64,000 bases of DNA from Chloroflexota bacterium (GCA_003670745.1 QWQR01000001.1:3265-67264); one strand, 5' to 3'; positions 49,238 through 60,681 are shown, numbered from the stretch's first letter. Made by a program: numbers and translations. Notes: a model not told the origin generated them from the letters alone.

Positions 49238-50408
49238 CTTCCGCGCGGCGGCGAGCCGACGCCTCTCGCAAGACGAGCGCCTCTCCGATGGCGTGCGAAA
49301 CCTTCTCGCTCCTGAGGGCGCAGCCCATGACCGATCGGTGCGCCAGCTCGCCGTCGATCGCATCGCTCCGAACCCAAAGCAGCCGCGTGTCAACCCCGAC
49401 GCCGCCGCCCTCGACGAGTTGGTGGCGAGCATTCGCGAGCACGGGGTGCTGCAGCCGATCCTCGTTCGACCGCGTGAGCGCGGCCAGTACGAGATCGTCG
49501 CCGGCGAGCGCCGCTGGCGCGCCGTCATCGCCGTCGGCCTTGCCCTCATCCCGGCAATCGTTGAGGAGATGAACGACGAAGAGGCGATCGAGGTCGCCGT
49601 CATTGAGAACCTGCAGCGTGAAGACCTCTCCCCCCTCGACGAGGCAGCGATCTTCGCGCGCATGACGGGCGAGCTCGGCTACTCCATTCGTAAGCTCGCC
49701 GAGAAGATCGGCAAGGACAAGGGCTACGTCGAGAATCGCCTCCGCCTCACCTCAGCGCCGCAAGATGTGCGCGACCTCGTCGCCTCTCGCTCCGACACCA
49801 TCAGTCACGCATATGAGCTGATGAAGGTCGACGATCCGGCGCGCCGCGCCGAGCTCGCCGCCCAGGTTGCTCGCGGTGAACTCTCACTCGCGCGACTGAA
49901 GGCCGCAATCCGTGGCGAGGCCGACCCAGAGTCGAGCATCTCCTCCTCTGCCCCGACGCAGCAGCCTGCCGCGGCCATGTCGCCCAACCCAGCAAACCTC
50001 GATCGCGAGACGATCGCCCCGCCCTTCTTCCGCGCCCCCGCCCCCGCGGCGCCACGTGTCCTTCCACACTCCGACTCGATCTTCGACACCCCCGCGGCGC
50101 AAGCTCCAGCGCCTCGACCGACTCCAGCGCCGACCCCAACACCGACACAAGAGCAGCCGATCGTCGGCTATGCGGTTGCGCCGAGCGCGGAGCGTGACCA
50201 GCTGCTCAAGGCGAACGCCCGCGAGCGAACCCTCGGCGCAGCGCGCGAATCACTCGGCGCTGCCATCGATGCGATGGCAACACTGCTCGCCAGCGACGAG
50301 GCCCGAGCCAGCCTGAACGACCTCGACCGCGCAAACATGGCGAAGTGGCTGCAGATCGCCAGGATCAAGCTCGACAACCTCGCGGCGCTGATGCGCCAGG
50401 GGCGATAA
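49224..50408 (+). CDS. parB: ParB/Spo0J-family protein with a Pro-rich linker and divergent C-terminus
   Basis: The GTG at 49224 overlaps the parA end by 14 nt. It has the ParB N-terminal domain with the arginine patch GERRWRA and an HTH (YSIRKLAEKIGKDKGYVENRLRL), followed by a PTPAPTPTPT-type linker. Confidence 0.85.
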   Translation: MPKPDFRAAASRRLSQDERLSDGVRNLLAPEGAAHDRSVRQLAVDRIAPNPKQPRVNPDAAALDELVASIREHGVLQPILVRPRERGQYEIVAGERRWRAVIAVGLALIPAIVEEMNDEEAIEVAVIENLQREDLSPLDEAAIFARMTGELGYSIRKLAEKIGKDKGYVENRLRLTSAPQDVRDLVASRSDTISHAYELMKVDDPARRAELAAQVARGELSLARLKAAIRGEADPESSISSSAPTQQPAAAMSPNPANLDRETIAPPFFRAPAPAAPRVLPHSDSIFDTPAAQAPAPRPTPAPTPTPTQEQPIVGYAVAPSAERDQLLKANARERTLGAARESLGAAIDAMATLLASDEARASLNDLDRANMAKWLQIARIKLDNLAALMRQGR

Positions 50409-50450
50409 CCAGAGCTTCGCGCCGGGGCGCATGCCCTACGGCAGCAAGGA

Positions 50451-50831
50451 CTAGATGTAGACGACCTCTTCGAAGGTCGCCACGAGGAAGTCGACGAGGC
50501 GATCGCGACCCCCCTTCGGGTCGGCGGCGCGAATCCCTGGGACGAGCGACCAGAGCGCCACAGCGGGGAAGATCAGGCGTCCATCAATATCGCGCCCCAT
50601 CGTGACGGCCGGCCCTCCGCCAAGGGTGTAGGCGCCAGCGAGCGCATCGTCATCGAGTCGGGCCGCGCGGGAGAACTCGTGGATCACGATCGCCACCCCA
50701 CGACGCTTGGCGATGTCGCGCAGCGACCCAGTTGCCCAGGCATCGATCTGCGCATCGCTCTGCTCGCGCAGCTTGGCGCGGTAGTCCTGCGGGGTCTCGC
50801 TTAGTCCGTTTGCGACCATCAGCACCCCCAC
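50451..50831 (-). CDS. Hypothetical cytoplasmic protein (about 122-126 aa), no family recognised
   Basis: ORF only. The ATG at 50819 follows GTGGGGG. It lies 18-30 nt downstream of tRNA-Asn on the same strand. Coding-like composition, not R/P-biased like the antisense artefacts. Confidence 0.5.
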   Translation of the reverse strand: MGVLMVANGLSETPQDYRAKLREQSDAQIDAWATGSLRDIAKRRGVAIVIHEFSRAARLDDDALAGAYTLGGGPAVTMGRDIDGRLIFPAVALWSLVPGIRAADPKGGRDRLVDFLVATFEEVVYI

Positions 50832-50849
50832 TGCACCTGCGATAAGAAA

Positions 50850-50924
50850 TGGCTCCGGCGGTAGGGCTCGAACCTACGACCTAGCGGTTAACAGCCGCCC
50901 GCTCTACCACTGAGCTACGCCGGA
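50850..50924 (-). tRNA. tRNA-Asn (anticodon GTT), CCA encoded
   Basis: The reverse complement reads TCCGGCGTAGCTCAGTGGTAGAGCGGGCGGCTGTTAACCGCTAGGTCGTAGGTTCGAGCCCTACCGCCGGAGCCA, with anticodon loop CTGTTAA. Confidence 0.92.
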
Positions 50925-51001
50925 AGATCGCCACGGCGAACCGCGGCGAGGGCGATTCTAGCAGGGCTGCGCGTGGCCTCTCGGCTCGCGGGCAAGGGGG
51001 C

Positions 51002-51277
51002 TCAGCGCGAGCCGAAATCGCGCCCCGCGCCACGGGAGCGACGGTCGCGATCGAGAGCCGCCTTCCGTGCCAGGGTCGCCGTCCCGATCGCCGTCAGGCG
51101 TCGGCGCAGCCAGAGCACGTAGAGGAGCGGTCCGACGACGGGAAGCCCGATCAGCGGGAGCACCGACCAGAAGAGTGGGCGCGGCAGCCCAGGGAGCAGA
51201 TCCATCTCTCGGATCACACGAAGGGTCGGAAGCCACCAGGCAGCGACGATGAGTGCGAGCACGATCAGGTCTTGCAT
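51002..51277 (-). CDS. Small membrane protein, PLD-nuclease N-terminal (PLDc_N)-like
   Basis: 91 aa with two TM helices showing the W...D...W...P..GP..Y pattern (WWLPTLRVIREMD...FWSVLPLIGLPVVGPLLYVLWL) and a basic tail. Confidence 0.5.
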   Translation of the reverse strand: MQDLIVLALIVAAWWLPTLRVIREMDLLPGLPRPLFWSVLPLIGLPVVGPLLYVLWLRRRLTAIGTATLARKAALDRDRRSRGAGRDFGSR

Positions 51278-51306
51278 GGTTCCACCCTACCGCCTTGCGA
51301 CAAAGA

Positions 51307-51342
51307 GAGGGACCCGAGCCCCACCAGGGGCTCGGGTCCCTC
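51307..51342 (-). terminator. Intrinsic terminator after the PTS EIIC gene
   Basis: A perfect 16-bp stem, GAGGGACCCGAGCCCC-acca-GGGGCTCGGGTCCCTC, is followed on the minus strand by TCTTTGT. It lies 44 nt after the EIIC stop. Confidence 0.75.
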
Positions 51343-51385
51343 CAACGATCCGCGGCGCCTCGCGCCTCAGATCACCAGGTGCGAG

Positions 51386-52597
51386 TTAACGGCGCTTCGA
51401 CTTTGCCGCAGGCGTGCGACCCGGGGTCGCAATGTTCTGCGACTTGATCACCGCTGTGAACAGGAAGTAGTACAGGAACGCGAAGACAACCCCGAGTCCG
51501 AGGATGCCCAGCGGGCCCATGTTACCGCCCGTCGAAGCGCTTGACGCCAGGGTGAAGTTCAACAGGTAGTCGATCAACCCTGCCGAGAAGCCGAACCCCT
51601 GGACCCAGTCGAGCTGGGCGCAGATGGCGAGGGCCACACCAGCGAGGAGACCGTGCACCGCAAAGAGCACGGGCGCCGCGTAGGCGAAGCTGAACTCAAT
51701 CGGCTCCGTAATGCCGGTGAGGAACGAGGTGAATCCGGCCGAGGCCATGATCGACCCGGTCGACGCCTGCTCCTTCTTGTCCGCCGCGCGATAGATCGCG
51801 AGGGCGGCAGCCGGGAGGCCGAACATCATCACCACGAACCAGCCCGCCATGAAGGCGCCAGCGGTCGGGTCGCCCGCGAAGAAGCGGTTGAGGTCGCCGT
51901 TGACGACCGTACCGTCAGCCTTCGTGAACTCACCAAGCTGGAACCAGACGAACGTGTTCAGGATGTGATGCAGCCCCACCAGGAGAAGCATGCGGTTGGC
52001 GAAACCATAGAGGACGAGGCCGATCGCACCCATCCCCACGATTGCTGTGCCGAAGCTCTGAATGGCCTGCCCGATTGGCGGCCAGACGAAGCCCGCCACG
52101 ATACCGGCTGCCACCGACGCGAACGCGGTGACGATCGGCACGAAGCGACGGCCAGCGAAGAAGCCGAGGTAGCTCGGCAGCTTCACGTCCTTGTAGTTGT
52201 TGTAAGCCCAAGCGGCGATAACGCCGATCAGGATTCCGCCGAAGACGGACATGTTGACCTTCGCCGGCGCCTCAACCTTGTTGAGGACGTCGATGAGCGA
52301 GCCCACGCCGTTGATCTTGGCGAGGATCTGGTAGCCAACCGCTGCGCCGAGCGCAGCCACCCCAGCACCCTCGGTGAGGCCGACGGCCACGCCGATGGCG
52401 AAGAGGAGCGCCAGGTTGCCGAAGACGGCATCGCCGGCGATGGTCATGACGTTCCAGACCACGGTGAGGGCGGTCCCGTCAGCGACCTTCAAGTCGCCGC
52501 TCAGGAGCACGCCGAAGCGGAGCAGCAGGGCTGCAGCCGGCAGCACTGCGATCGGGAGCATTAACGCCTTCCCGATCTTCTGAAGTTGATCCAACAT
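51386..52597 (-). CDS. PTS glucose/GlcNAc-family EIIC permease
   Basis: The ATG at 52597 gives MLDQLQKIGKALMLPIAVLPAAALLLRFG... It is a multi-TM EIIC (Glc family) with no fused EIIB or EIIA. Confidence 0.9.
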   Translation of the reverse strand: MLDQLQKIGKALMLPIAVLPAAALLLRFGVLLSGDLKVADGTALTVVWNVMTIAGDAVFGNLALLFAIGVAVGLTEGAGVAALGAAVGYQILAKINGVGSLIDVLNKVEAPAKVNMSVFGGILIGVIAAWAYNNYKDVKLPSYLGFFAGRRFVPIVTAFASVAAGIVAGFVWPPIGQAIQSFGTAIVGMGAIGLVLYGFANRMLLLVGLHHILNTFVWFQLGEFTKADGTVVNGDLNRFFAGDPTAGAFMAGWFVVMMFGLPAAALAIYRAADKKEQASTGSIMASAGFTSFLTGITEPIEFSFAYAAPVLFAVHGLLAGVALAICAQLDWVQGFGFSAGLIDYLLNFTLASSASTGGNMGPLGILGLGVVFAFLYYFLFTAVIKSQNIATPGRTPAAKSKRR

Positions 52598-52604
52598 CCC
52601 TCCG

Positions 52605-52678
52605 TACCTCCATGCAGGCGGGGTCTCTTGGCCAAATGGCCAGTAGACCCCCGCTAGACGAAGGGTACCTGCCAGGTA
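52605..52678 (-). promoter_or_regulatory. Structured leader upstream of EIIC with potential SD sequestration
   Basis: The minus-strand RNA reads cUACCUgGCAGGuacccuucgucua[GCGGGGGUCUacUGGCCauuuGGCCAagAGACCCCGC]CUGCauggAGGUAcggagggAUG. UACCU/AGGUA and GCAGG/CCUGC can pair around a long imperfect hairpin, and AGGUA is part of the best-spaced GGAGG. Confidence 0.35.
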
Positions 52679-52765
52679 GCGGCGCGGCAAGGGAAATGGT
52701 GAAGGTCTCGCAACAATGCCGTTTGGCAGCCCCCCGCAGCGCCTGGGGAGATGTGGCTTGCGTGC

Positions 52766-53227
52766 TTAGGCTGAGGGGGGAAGCAGCTCGAGGAGTGGCT
52801 CACCAGGGGTGATCCGACCCCCCAGCGGCGCGAGGAGGCTCACCCTTTGGCCGGCAATCCCGATGACTGGGGAGATGAGGTTGATCCCCCTCCCCCGCAG
52901 AGCGGCCACCTGAATCTCAACAAGCGGGGTTCCCGCGGCGACGCGATCCCCCTCGACGACCAGGGCTCGGAGCCCCTCGCCGTGCAGCTCGACGGTATCG
53001 ATGCCGAAGTGGAGCAGGATCGGCCCGAGCTCCCCATCGATCACCATCGCGTGCCCGCCGGGGAAGAGCTTGGCGATCACTCCGTCGCAGGGGGCGTGGG
53101 CGGTGAGGAGTGGAGCCTCGTCGGGCTCAATCGCGACACCGTCACCCATGAGGCGCTCCGCGAAAACGGGATCTGGGACCTCAGCGAGGTCGCGGAGCGT
53201 TCCGGCGAGCGGGGCGACGAGGATCAA
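52766..53227 (-). CDS. PTS EIIA, glucose family
   Basis: 153 aa with VPDPVFAERLMGDGVAIEP, GGHAMVI and LHFGIDTVELHGEG (both catalytic His present). Confidence 0.92.
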   Translation of the reverse strand: MILVAPLAGTLRDLAEVPDPVFAERLMGDGVAIEPDEAPLLTAHAPCDGVIAKLFPGGHAMVIDGELGPILLHFGIDTVELHGEGLRALVVEGDRVAAGTPLVEIQVAALRGRGINLISPVIGIAGQRVSLLAPLGGRITPGEPLLELLPPSA

Positions 53228-53228
53228 C

Positions 53229-53474
53229 TCAGCGCTTCATCTGGCGACGCATCTCCGACTCGATGTTGTCGGAGAGGGTCCCCATGATCACCTGCACGCC
53301 GCCGCCGAACTTGACGACCGCCACGGCGCCCGCTTTCTTTAGTACCGCCTCATCCACCTTCGCCTTGTCAACGAGGGTGCAGCGGATGCGGGTGATGCAC
53401 GGCTCGCTCGTCTTGATGTTCGCGGCACCGCCGAGCCCCTTGATCACCGCCTTAGCCGTTGCTGGGATGTCCAT
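53229..53474 (-). CDS. PTS EIIB, glucose family (stand-alone)
   Basis: 81 aa, GLGGAANIKTSEPCITRIRCTLVD (active-site Cys). Confidence 0.9.
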   Translation of the reverse strand: MDIPATAKAVIKGLGGAANIKTSEPCITRIRCTLVDKAKVDEAVLKKAGAVAVVKFGGGVQVIMGTLSDNIESEMRRQMKR

Positions 53475-53573
53475 CTCTCGCCTCCTTCTCGCGCACGACG
53501 CCTTGGTCGTGCGACGTAGTTAGTCTCGTTCCCGCTGGTCGCGCCGCCCGCGCCGTCGCGGAGCGCGCAACAC

Positions 53574-53843
53574 TCAGCCCTCGGCGAAGCTTCCGACGAG
53601 TGCGACGAGGGTGGTCAACGCCACCTCAGCGTCGGGGCCATCGGCGACGATCTCGACCGTTGTGCCGCCGGTCGCCCCCAGTTGCATCACGCCGAGGATC
53701 GACTTGCCGTCGACCTCCTTCTCGCCGAGGCGCAGGCGGATCGAGGCAGAGAATCCCGCCGCGGCCTTCACGAAGAGCGCGGCTGGGCGCGCATGAAGAC
53801 CAACGCCAGGTGGTACTGCGACGGTACGGCTGATCGCTGCCAC
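53574..53843 (-). CDS. ptsH: Phosphocarrier protein HPr
   Basis: 89 aa with GLHARPAALFV (His-15 equivalent) and GKSILGVMQLG (Ser-46 equivalent). The GTG start lies 4 nt after the rpoD TAA. Confidence 0.92.
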   Translation of the reverse strand: MAAISRTVAVPPGVGLHARPAALFVKAAAGFSASIRLRLGEKEVDGKSILGVMQLGATGGTTVEIVADGPDAEVALTTLVALVGSFAEG

Positions 53844-53847
53844 GCTC

Positions 53848-55892
<2,045 letters not shown>

Positions 55893-55896
<4 letters not shown>

Positions 55897-57812
55897 GCGC
55901 CACCCCCCTTCACAATTGCCAAGACGCCCGCGTCGCCGAGTCGTCGATCGAGTGCTTTGCGGCGCGAGGTGAGGTCGCGCTCACGCTCCATTAAGTCGCG
56001 GACGCGCTCGCGCTCTGAAGCGCGCTCTGCATCTGCGATCTCGGATCGCGACCAGGCCATCGCTTCGTCGAGTCGATCGGCCTCAAGGCGCAGCAACGTC
56101 TGGTCGATCCCCTTTCGCGCGCGGTCATCAATCACCTGCCCTGATTCACGCGTCAGGAGCGCTTGGGCGAGTCGGCGCTCTTCGCCATCGATGGACGCGG
56201 GAAGGCGCTCGAGCGCGTTCGGCGACGTGCCGGCCGCGATCGCCGTGTCCATCGCGTCGCGGAGTCCGCGCCAGAGCGATCGCGCAAGCCCGCTCGCCAG
56301 CAGATCATCAGAGAGCGTGTCGCGCACACGCAGGCGTTCGCCTGGGGCAACGAGGAGGAGTCGCAGCAGCTCGGCCTCTGGCGGTGTCACGCCAGCGAGG
56401 ATCGGCGCGACATCGCCATCAACATCGGCGGCGCGCACGCGGTCTGCAGAGATCTTCGTCTCGGCGGTTGTCTCGCGCGGTAGATCGCCGCCAGGCTGGC
56501 GCATCGCTTCGCGGATCGTCGACTCGTCAACGCCGATGCGACGCGCCGCGGCGGAGAGGTAGCCATCGCGCACCACGGGGTCGCGCAGGATGCGCATGAC
56601 CGGCTTGATCGCGTCAACGGCGCGCTTGCGCCCGCCAAGATCTTTGAGGTCGTGAGCGGCCGCGTGTGTCTCGATCAGGTACTCGACGACCGGGACCGGT
56701 CGCTCGACCGCTGCGCGCCAGGCGTCGGGTTGATCGCGCACCACCTCGTCTGGGTCCTTCCCGTCGGGGAGTTGCACGATGCCAACGTCAACAAGCGATG
56801 GCCCACCTTCCGAGCGTCCGAGATCGGCAACGAGTCGAAGCAGCTCGGTTGCGCCGAACGCCCCCGCCTTTGCACCCGCAGCGTCGACGTCGTAGGCCAA
56901 CAGGATCTTTGAGCCGTAGCGGAGAAGGAGGGCGACCTGCGCCGGCGTGAGCGCCGTACCCATGCTCGCCACCACGTTCTCAAATCCCGACTGATGCGCC
57001 ATGAGCGCGTCGGTGTAGCCCTCAACAAGCACGGCGGTGCCGCTCTTACGAATCGCCGCCTTCGCCTTGTCAATGAGATACAGGGTGCGCGACTTGTCGA
57101 AGAGTGAGGTCGCCGCGGTGTTCAGGTACTTCGGCCCGTGATCGGCGTCGTCGCCACCGGGGAGCACGCGACCGCCGAGCCCCGTCACCTTGCCGTTCGC
57201 GTCACGGATCGGAAAGATCACGCGCGCGCGGAAGCGATCGTAGGCGCCGCGGCCACCGCCCCGATCCGTGGTGAGGCCGACCGCTTCAAGTTCTGCGGCG
57301 GTTGCGCCGCGCTTTGCGGCGAGCGCCTTAGAGCAAGCGTCCCACGAGTCTGGCGCCCAGCCGAGGCGCTGCGCCTCAATCGTCGCGTCGGTGAACCCAC
57401 GCGAATGCAGATAGTCGAGCGCCGGTCGACCCAGCTCATGTCCCGTGAGGATCGCGTGATAGAAGCTCACCGCCCCCTCGAGCACCTCGCGCAGTCGCGC
57501 CTTGCGAGCGTCCTCAGCGCGGCTGCGGTCGTCGATCACCACTCCCGCCTTGGCGGCGAGCAGGGTCAGCGCCTCGCCGAACGAGAGCGCGTCGCGCTCC
57601 ATCACAAAGGTGAAGATGTCGCCCCCCTTCCCGCAGCCGAAACACTTCCATGTTTCGCGCCCTGGGGTGACGATGAACGAGGGGGTCTTCTCGCCGTGGA
57701 AGGGGCAGAGCCCCTTCATGGTCGTGCCAGCCTTGCGCAACGCCACCGTCTCGCCGACGACGTCGGCCACGGCGAGTCGGCTCTTGATCTCGGCGACGCT
57801 GCCTGAAGCCAT
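55893..57812 (-). CDS. dnaG: DNA primase
   Basis: The ATG at 57812 follows GAGGAGG. It has a Zn-ribbon ([11 protein letters not shown]...CFGCGKGGD) and TOPRIM (LVEGYTDAL). Overlaps the rpoD start by 4 nt. Confidence 0.94.
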
Positions 57813-58019
57813 CGGCTGGCGGGACCTCCTCGATGAGCCTGGCTGCGGGCATAGCAGTTGCCCGTGGGTGTCAACGGGTGACGGCGGAAGGATGCCACCC
57901 TGGGGTGAGGGAGTCAACCGACGCGGGGGCGTGCGGGGAGCGAGGGCTCGCCCCCTCCCCTACACTCCCCGCGAGCACCGTCGGTGCAGCCGCACCGTGT
58001 GGGCGCATGAGGAGGAGCG

Positions 58020-58820
58020 ATGTCGCAGCAGTCCCCCGCAGAGCTCGGGATCCTCGCCGACGACCCGGCGTACAACGCGACGCTGGCGGCGCGCATCGAC
58101 GATACCGACACCCTCGCCCGCGTCTGGATCAAGCCCGACGCTGCGACGACACCATTCGAGCCGGGCCAGTATGTGACGATCGGCGTGAAGGTCGGCGAGA
58201 AGTGGCTGCAGCGCCCCTACTCCATCGCCTCCTCGGCGCGCGCGCTCGACGGTGGCTACGAGCTCTACCTGCGACTCGTTCGCGGCGGCGCGTTCACGCC
58301 GCTCGCCTTCGCCCTGCCGATCGGCCATCGGATGCGCGTCCTCCCGCCAAAGGGTCGATTCATGATGCAGGAGAACGATTCGCGTGTGCACCTCTTCGTC
58401 TCGTCTGGCACGGGGATCGCACCGTTCGTCTCGATGGCGCGCACCCTCCTCGACGATGGTGCGCCGCGCCGCGCCATCTACCTCAACGGGGTGAGCTATG
58501 TGAGCGACCTCGGCTATCGCGACATCATCGATGGTTGGAGCGCGAGCGGCGCGTATCCCGCAACGTACGTTCCCACGATCTCGCGGCCGAACGATCCGGC
58601 AAACGCCGGGTGGGGAGGTCGCACCGGTCGCGTTGAGACGATCGTGCGCGCGGCGCTCGGCGACCTCGCCGTGGATCCTGCGAACGCTGTGGCGTATCTC
58701 TGCGGCAACCCCGAGATGATCGTCGCGGCCGAGAAGGAGCTATCTGCCTACGGGCTCCCCGATGAGGCGATCCACAAGGAGCTCTACTGGCCCGCTGGCA
58801 AGCAGCCGACCGGCGCGTAG
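58020..58820 (+). CDS. Ferredoxin--NADP+ reductase-type FAD/NAD(P)-binding oxidoreductase
   Basis: 266 aa with RPYSIASS (FAD) and SGTGIAPF (NADP). SD is GAGGAGGAG. Confidence 0.85.
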   Translation: MSQQSPAELGILADDPAYNATLAARIDDTDTLARVWIKPDAATTPFEPGQYVTIGVKVGEKWLQRPYSIASSARALDGGYELYLRLVRGGAFTPLAFALPIGHRMRVLPPKGRFMMQENDSRVHLFVSSGTGIAPFVSMARTLLDDGAPRRAIYLNGVSYVSDLGYRDIIDGWSASGAYPATYVPTISRPNDPANAGWGGRTGRVETIVRAALGDLAVDPANAVAYLCGNPEMIVAAEKELSAYGLPDEAIHKELYWPAGKQPTGA

Positions 58821-58851
58821 CCCGCGCCTGGCGCAGGCGTAACGGAGCGAC

Positions 58852-60285
58852 TTAGGGGCGCGAGGCGCGCAGCTTGTCGAGGAAGAACGACTCGAGTCGA
58901 TCGATGCCCACGCGCTCCTGCTCCATAGAGTCGCGATCGCGCACGGTGACGGCGTTATCGTCGAGCGCCTCAACGTCGACGCAGATGCACCACGGCGTAC
59001 CAATCTCGTCCTGGCGGCGGTAGAGCTTGCCGATCGCCGCGGTGTCGTCGTACACAGCGGTGAACTCGCGCGAGAGGCCGTCGCGAATCTTGTGCGCCAG
59101 CGCGACGAGATCGTCGCGCTTCTTCAAGAGCGGGAGCACCGCCACCTTGTACGGAGCGAGCTCCGGATGCAGGGCGAGGACGACACGCTTCTCGCCGCGC
59201 ACCTCCTCCTCGCGATACGCATCGATGAGGAAGGTGAAGGCGGCGCGGTCGGCACCGGCGGCGGCCTCGACGACCCACGGGATGAACGACTGCTCAGTAG
59301 CCGGATCGAAGTAGGAGAGGTTCTCGCCACTCTCGGCGCTGTGGCGCGAGAGGTCAAAGTCGCCACGGTTGTGGATCCCTTCAAGCTCCTTCCAGCCGAA
59401 CGGGAAGCGATACTCCACGTCGATCGCGCGCTTGGCGTAGTGCGCCAACTCATCGGCGGCGTGTTCGCGGATGCGTAGTCGCTCCGGATTGACCCCGTAG
59501 GCGCGATACCACTCAAGGCGCCGCGGCAGCCACTCGTCGAAGGTTGCGGTCGCATCCTCCTCGGGGCGCACGAAGAGCTGGAGCTCCATCTGCTCAAACT
59601 CGCGCATGCGGAAGACGAAGTTTCCAGGGCTGATCTCGTTGCGGAACGACTTGCCAATCTGCGCGATCCCGAACGGGATCTTCTTGCGCGCGGCGTCGCG
59701 CACATTGCGATGCTGCACGTAGGCGCCCTGCGCCGTCTCGGGGCGCAGGTAGATCACCGACGCATCCTCTTCAACGGGACCCATGAAGGTCTTGAACATC
59801 AGGTTGAAGCGGCGCGGCGCGGAGAGGGTGCCGCCGCAGTCGGGGCACTTGAGGGCGAGCGTCGCAACGATGTTCGGGTCGGCGATCTGCGTTGGGGTGA
59901 GCTCTTCGGCACCAGGGAGCTCGTCGAGTCGGAAGCGTCGCTTGCAGGCGCCGCACTCCACGAGCGGATCGCTGAACGACCCAACGTGGCCTGAGGTGCG
60001 CCAGACCTGCGGGTGCATGAGGATCCCCGCGTCGAGCCCGACCACATCGTTGCGCTGCTGCACGACGCTGCGCCACCAGGCACGCTTCACGTTGTTCTTC
60101 AACTCGACGCCGAGGGGGCCGTAATCCCACACGGCGTTGATCCCGCCGTAGATCTCGGAGCTCGGGAAGACGAAGCCGCGGCGCTTCGCGAGCGAGACGA
60201 TCGTATCGAGCTCGGCGACGGCGGGGGTCGCGTCGGCGGCCGGCGTGCCGGCGAGGGTGCGACTCGAATCCGCGGTGATGCTCAT
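58852..60285 (-). CDS. glyQS: Glycyl-tRNA synthetase (dimeric class II, GlyQS)
   Basis: 477 aa with YLRPETAQG and GKSFRNEISPG, plus an anticodon-binding C-terminus. Confidence 0.94.
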   Translation of the reverse strand: MSITADSSRTLAGTPAADATPAVAELDTIVSLAKRRGFVFPSSEIYGGINAVWDYGPLGVELKNNVKRAWWRSVVQQRNDVVGLDAGILMHPQVWRTSGHVGSFSDPLVECGACKRRFRLDELPGAEELTPTQIADPNIVATLALKCPDCGGTLSAPRRFNLMFKTFMGPVEEDASVIYLRPETAQGAYVQHRNVRDAARKKIPFGIAQIGKSFRNEISPGNFVFRMREFEQMELQLFVRPEEDATATFDEWLPRRLEWYRAYGVNPERLRIREHAADELAHYAKRAIDVEYRFPFGWKELEGIHNRGDFDLSRHSAESGENLSYFDPATEQSFIPWVVEAAAGADRAAFTFLIDAYREEEVRGEKRVVLALHPELAPYKVAVLPLLKKRDDLVALAHKIRDGLSREFTAVYDDTAAIGKLYRRQDEIGTPWCICVDVEALDDNAVTVRDRDSMEQERVGIDRLESFFLDKLRASRP

Positions 60286-60307
60286 TGCCGAAGCGTAGCC
60301 GAGGCGG

Positions 60308-60676
60308 CTAGGCGGCGCGTCCGATCGCTAGTCCCGCCGCAGCGGAGAGAAGTCCAAGGAGGAGCGAGGCGGCGACGTAGGCGAGCGCCGAGAGCGGCGC
60401 CCCCTCGCCGAGGCGTAGCGTCTGCACCGCAAAGGCGGAGAAGGTGGTGAAGCCGCCGAGGAGGCCGACGATGAGGAGGGGGCGCAGCTCCGCCGGCAGG
60501 GCGCCGCGCTCAACGACCAGGGCGACGAGGAGCCCCGCTGCGAACGAGCCGATGAGGTTGATCGCCAGTGTGGCGGGCGGCGCTGTGAGGCCAACCCGTG
60601 CAGCGAGTAGGTCGATGGCGCCGCGCAGTGCGGCGCCCACGCCGCCACCCAGTGCGACGAGTAGGATCTCGCGCAT
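60308..60676 (-). CDS. crcB: Fluoride channel CrcB/FluC
   Basis: The ATG at 60676 gives MREILLVALGGGVGAALRG...GLLGGFTTFSAF. The track ORF N-terminus (to 60892) overlaps recO and is an artefact. Confidence 0.9.
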   Translation of the reverse strand: MREILLVALGGGVGAALRGAIDLLAARVGLTAPPATLAINLIGSFAAGLLVALVVERGALPAELRPLLIVGLLGGFTTFSAFAVQTLRLGEGAPLSALAYVAASLLLGLLSAAAGLAIGRAA

Positions 60677-60681
60677 CGCGC

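Noticed and set aside
50832-51001. tRNA-Asn as a possible integration site for a genomic island (hypothetical gene plus parAB downstream)
   Set aside because: The window has no integrase or recombinase and no direct repeat of the tRNA 3' end. The only hit is a 10-nt inverted match (ccctaccgcc) at about 51286. Flanking genes show no obvious compositional break.
57639-57656. GAAACA-cttcca-TGTTTC inverted repeat, considered as a parS- or operator-like site
   Set aside because: It lies inside dnaG and simply encodes the conserved Zn-ribbon residues (ETWKCFGCG) on the minus strand. It does not match the parS core TGTTTCAC-GTGAAACA.
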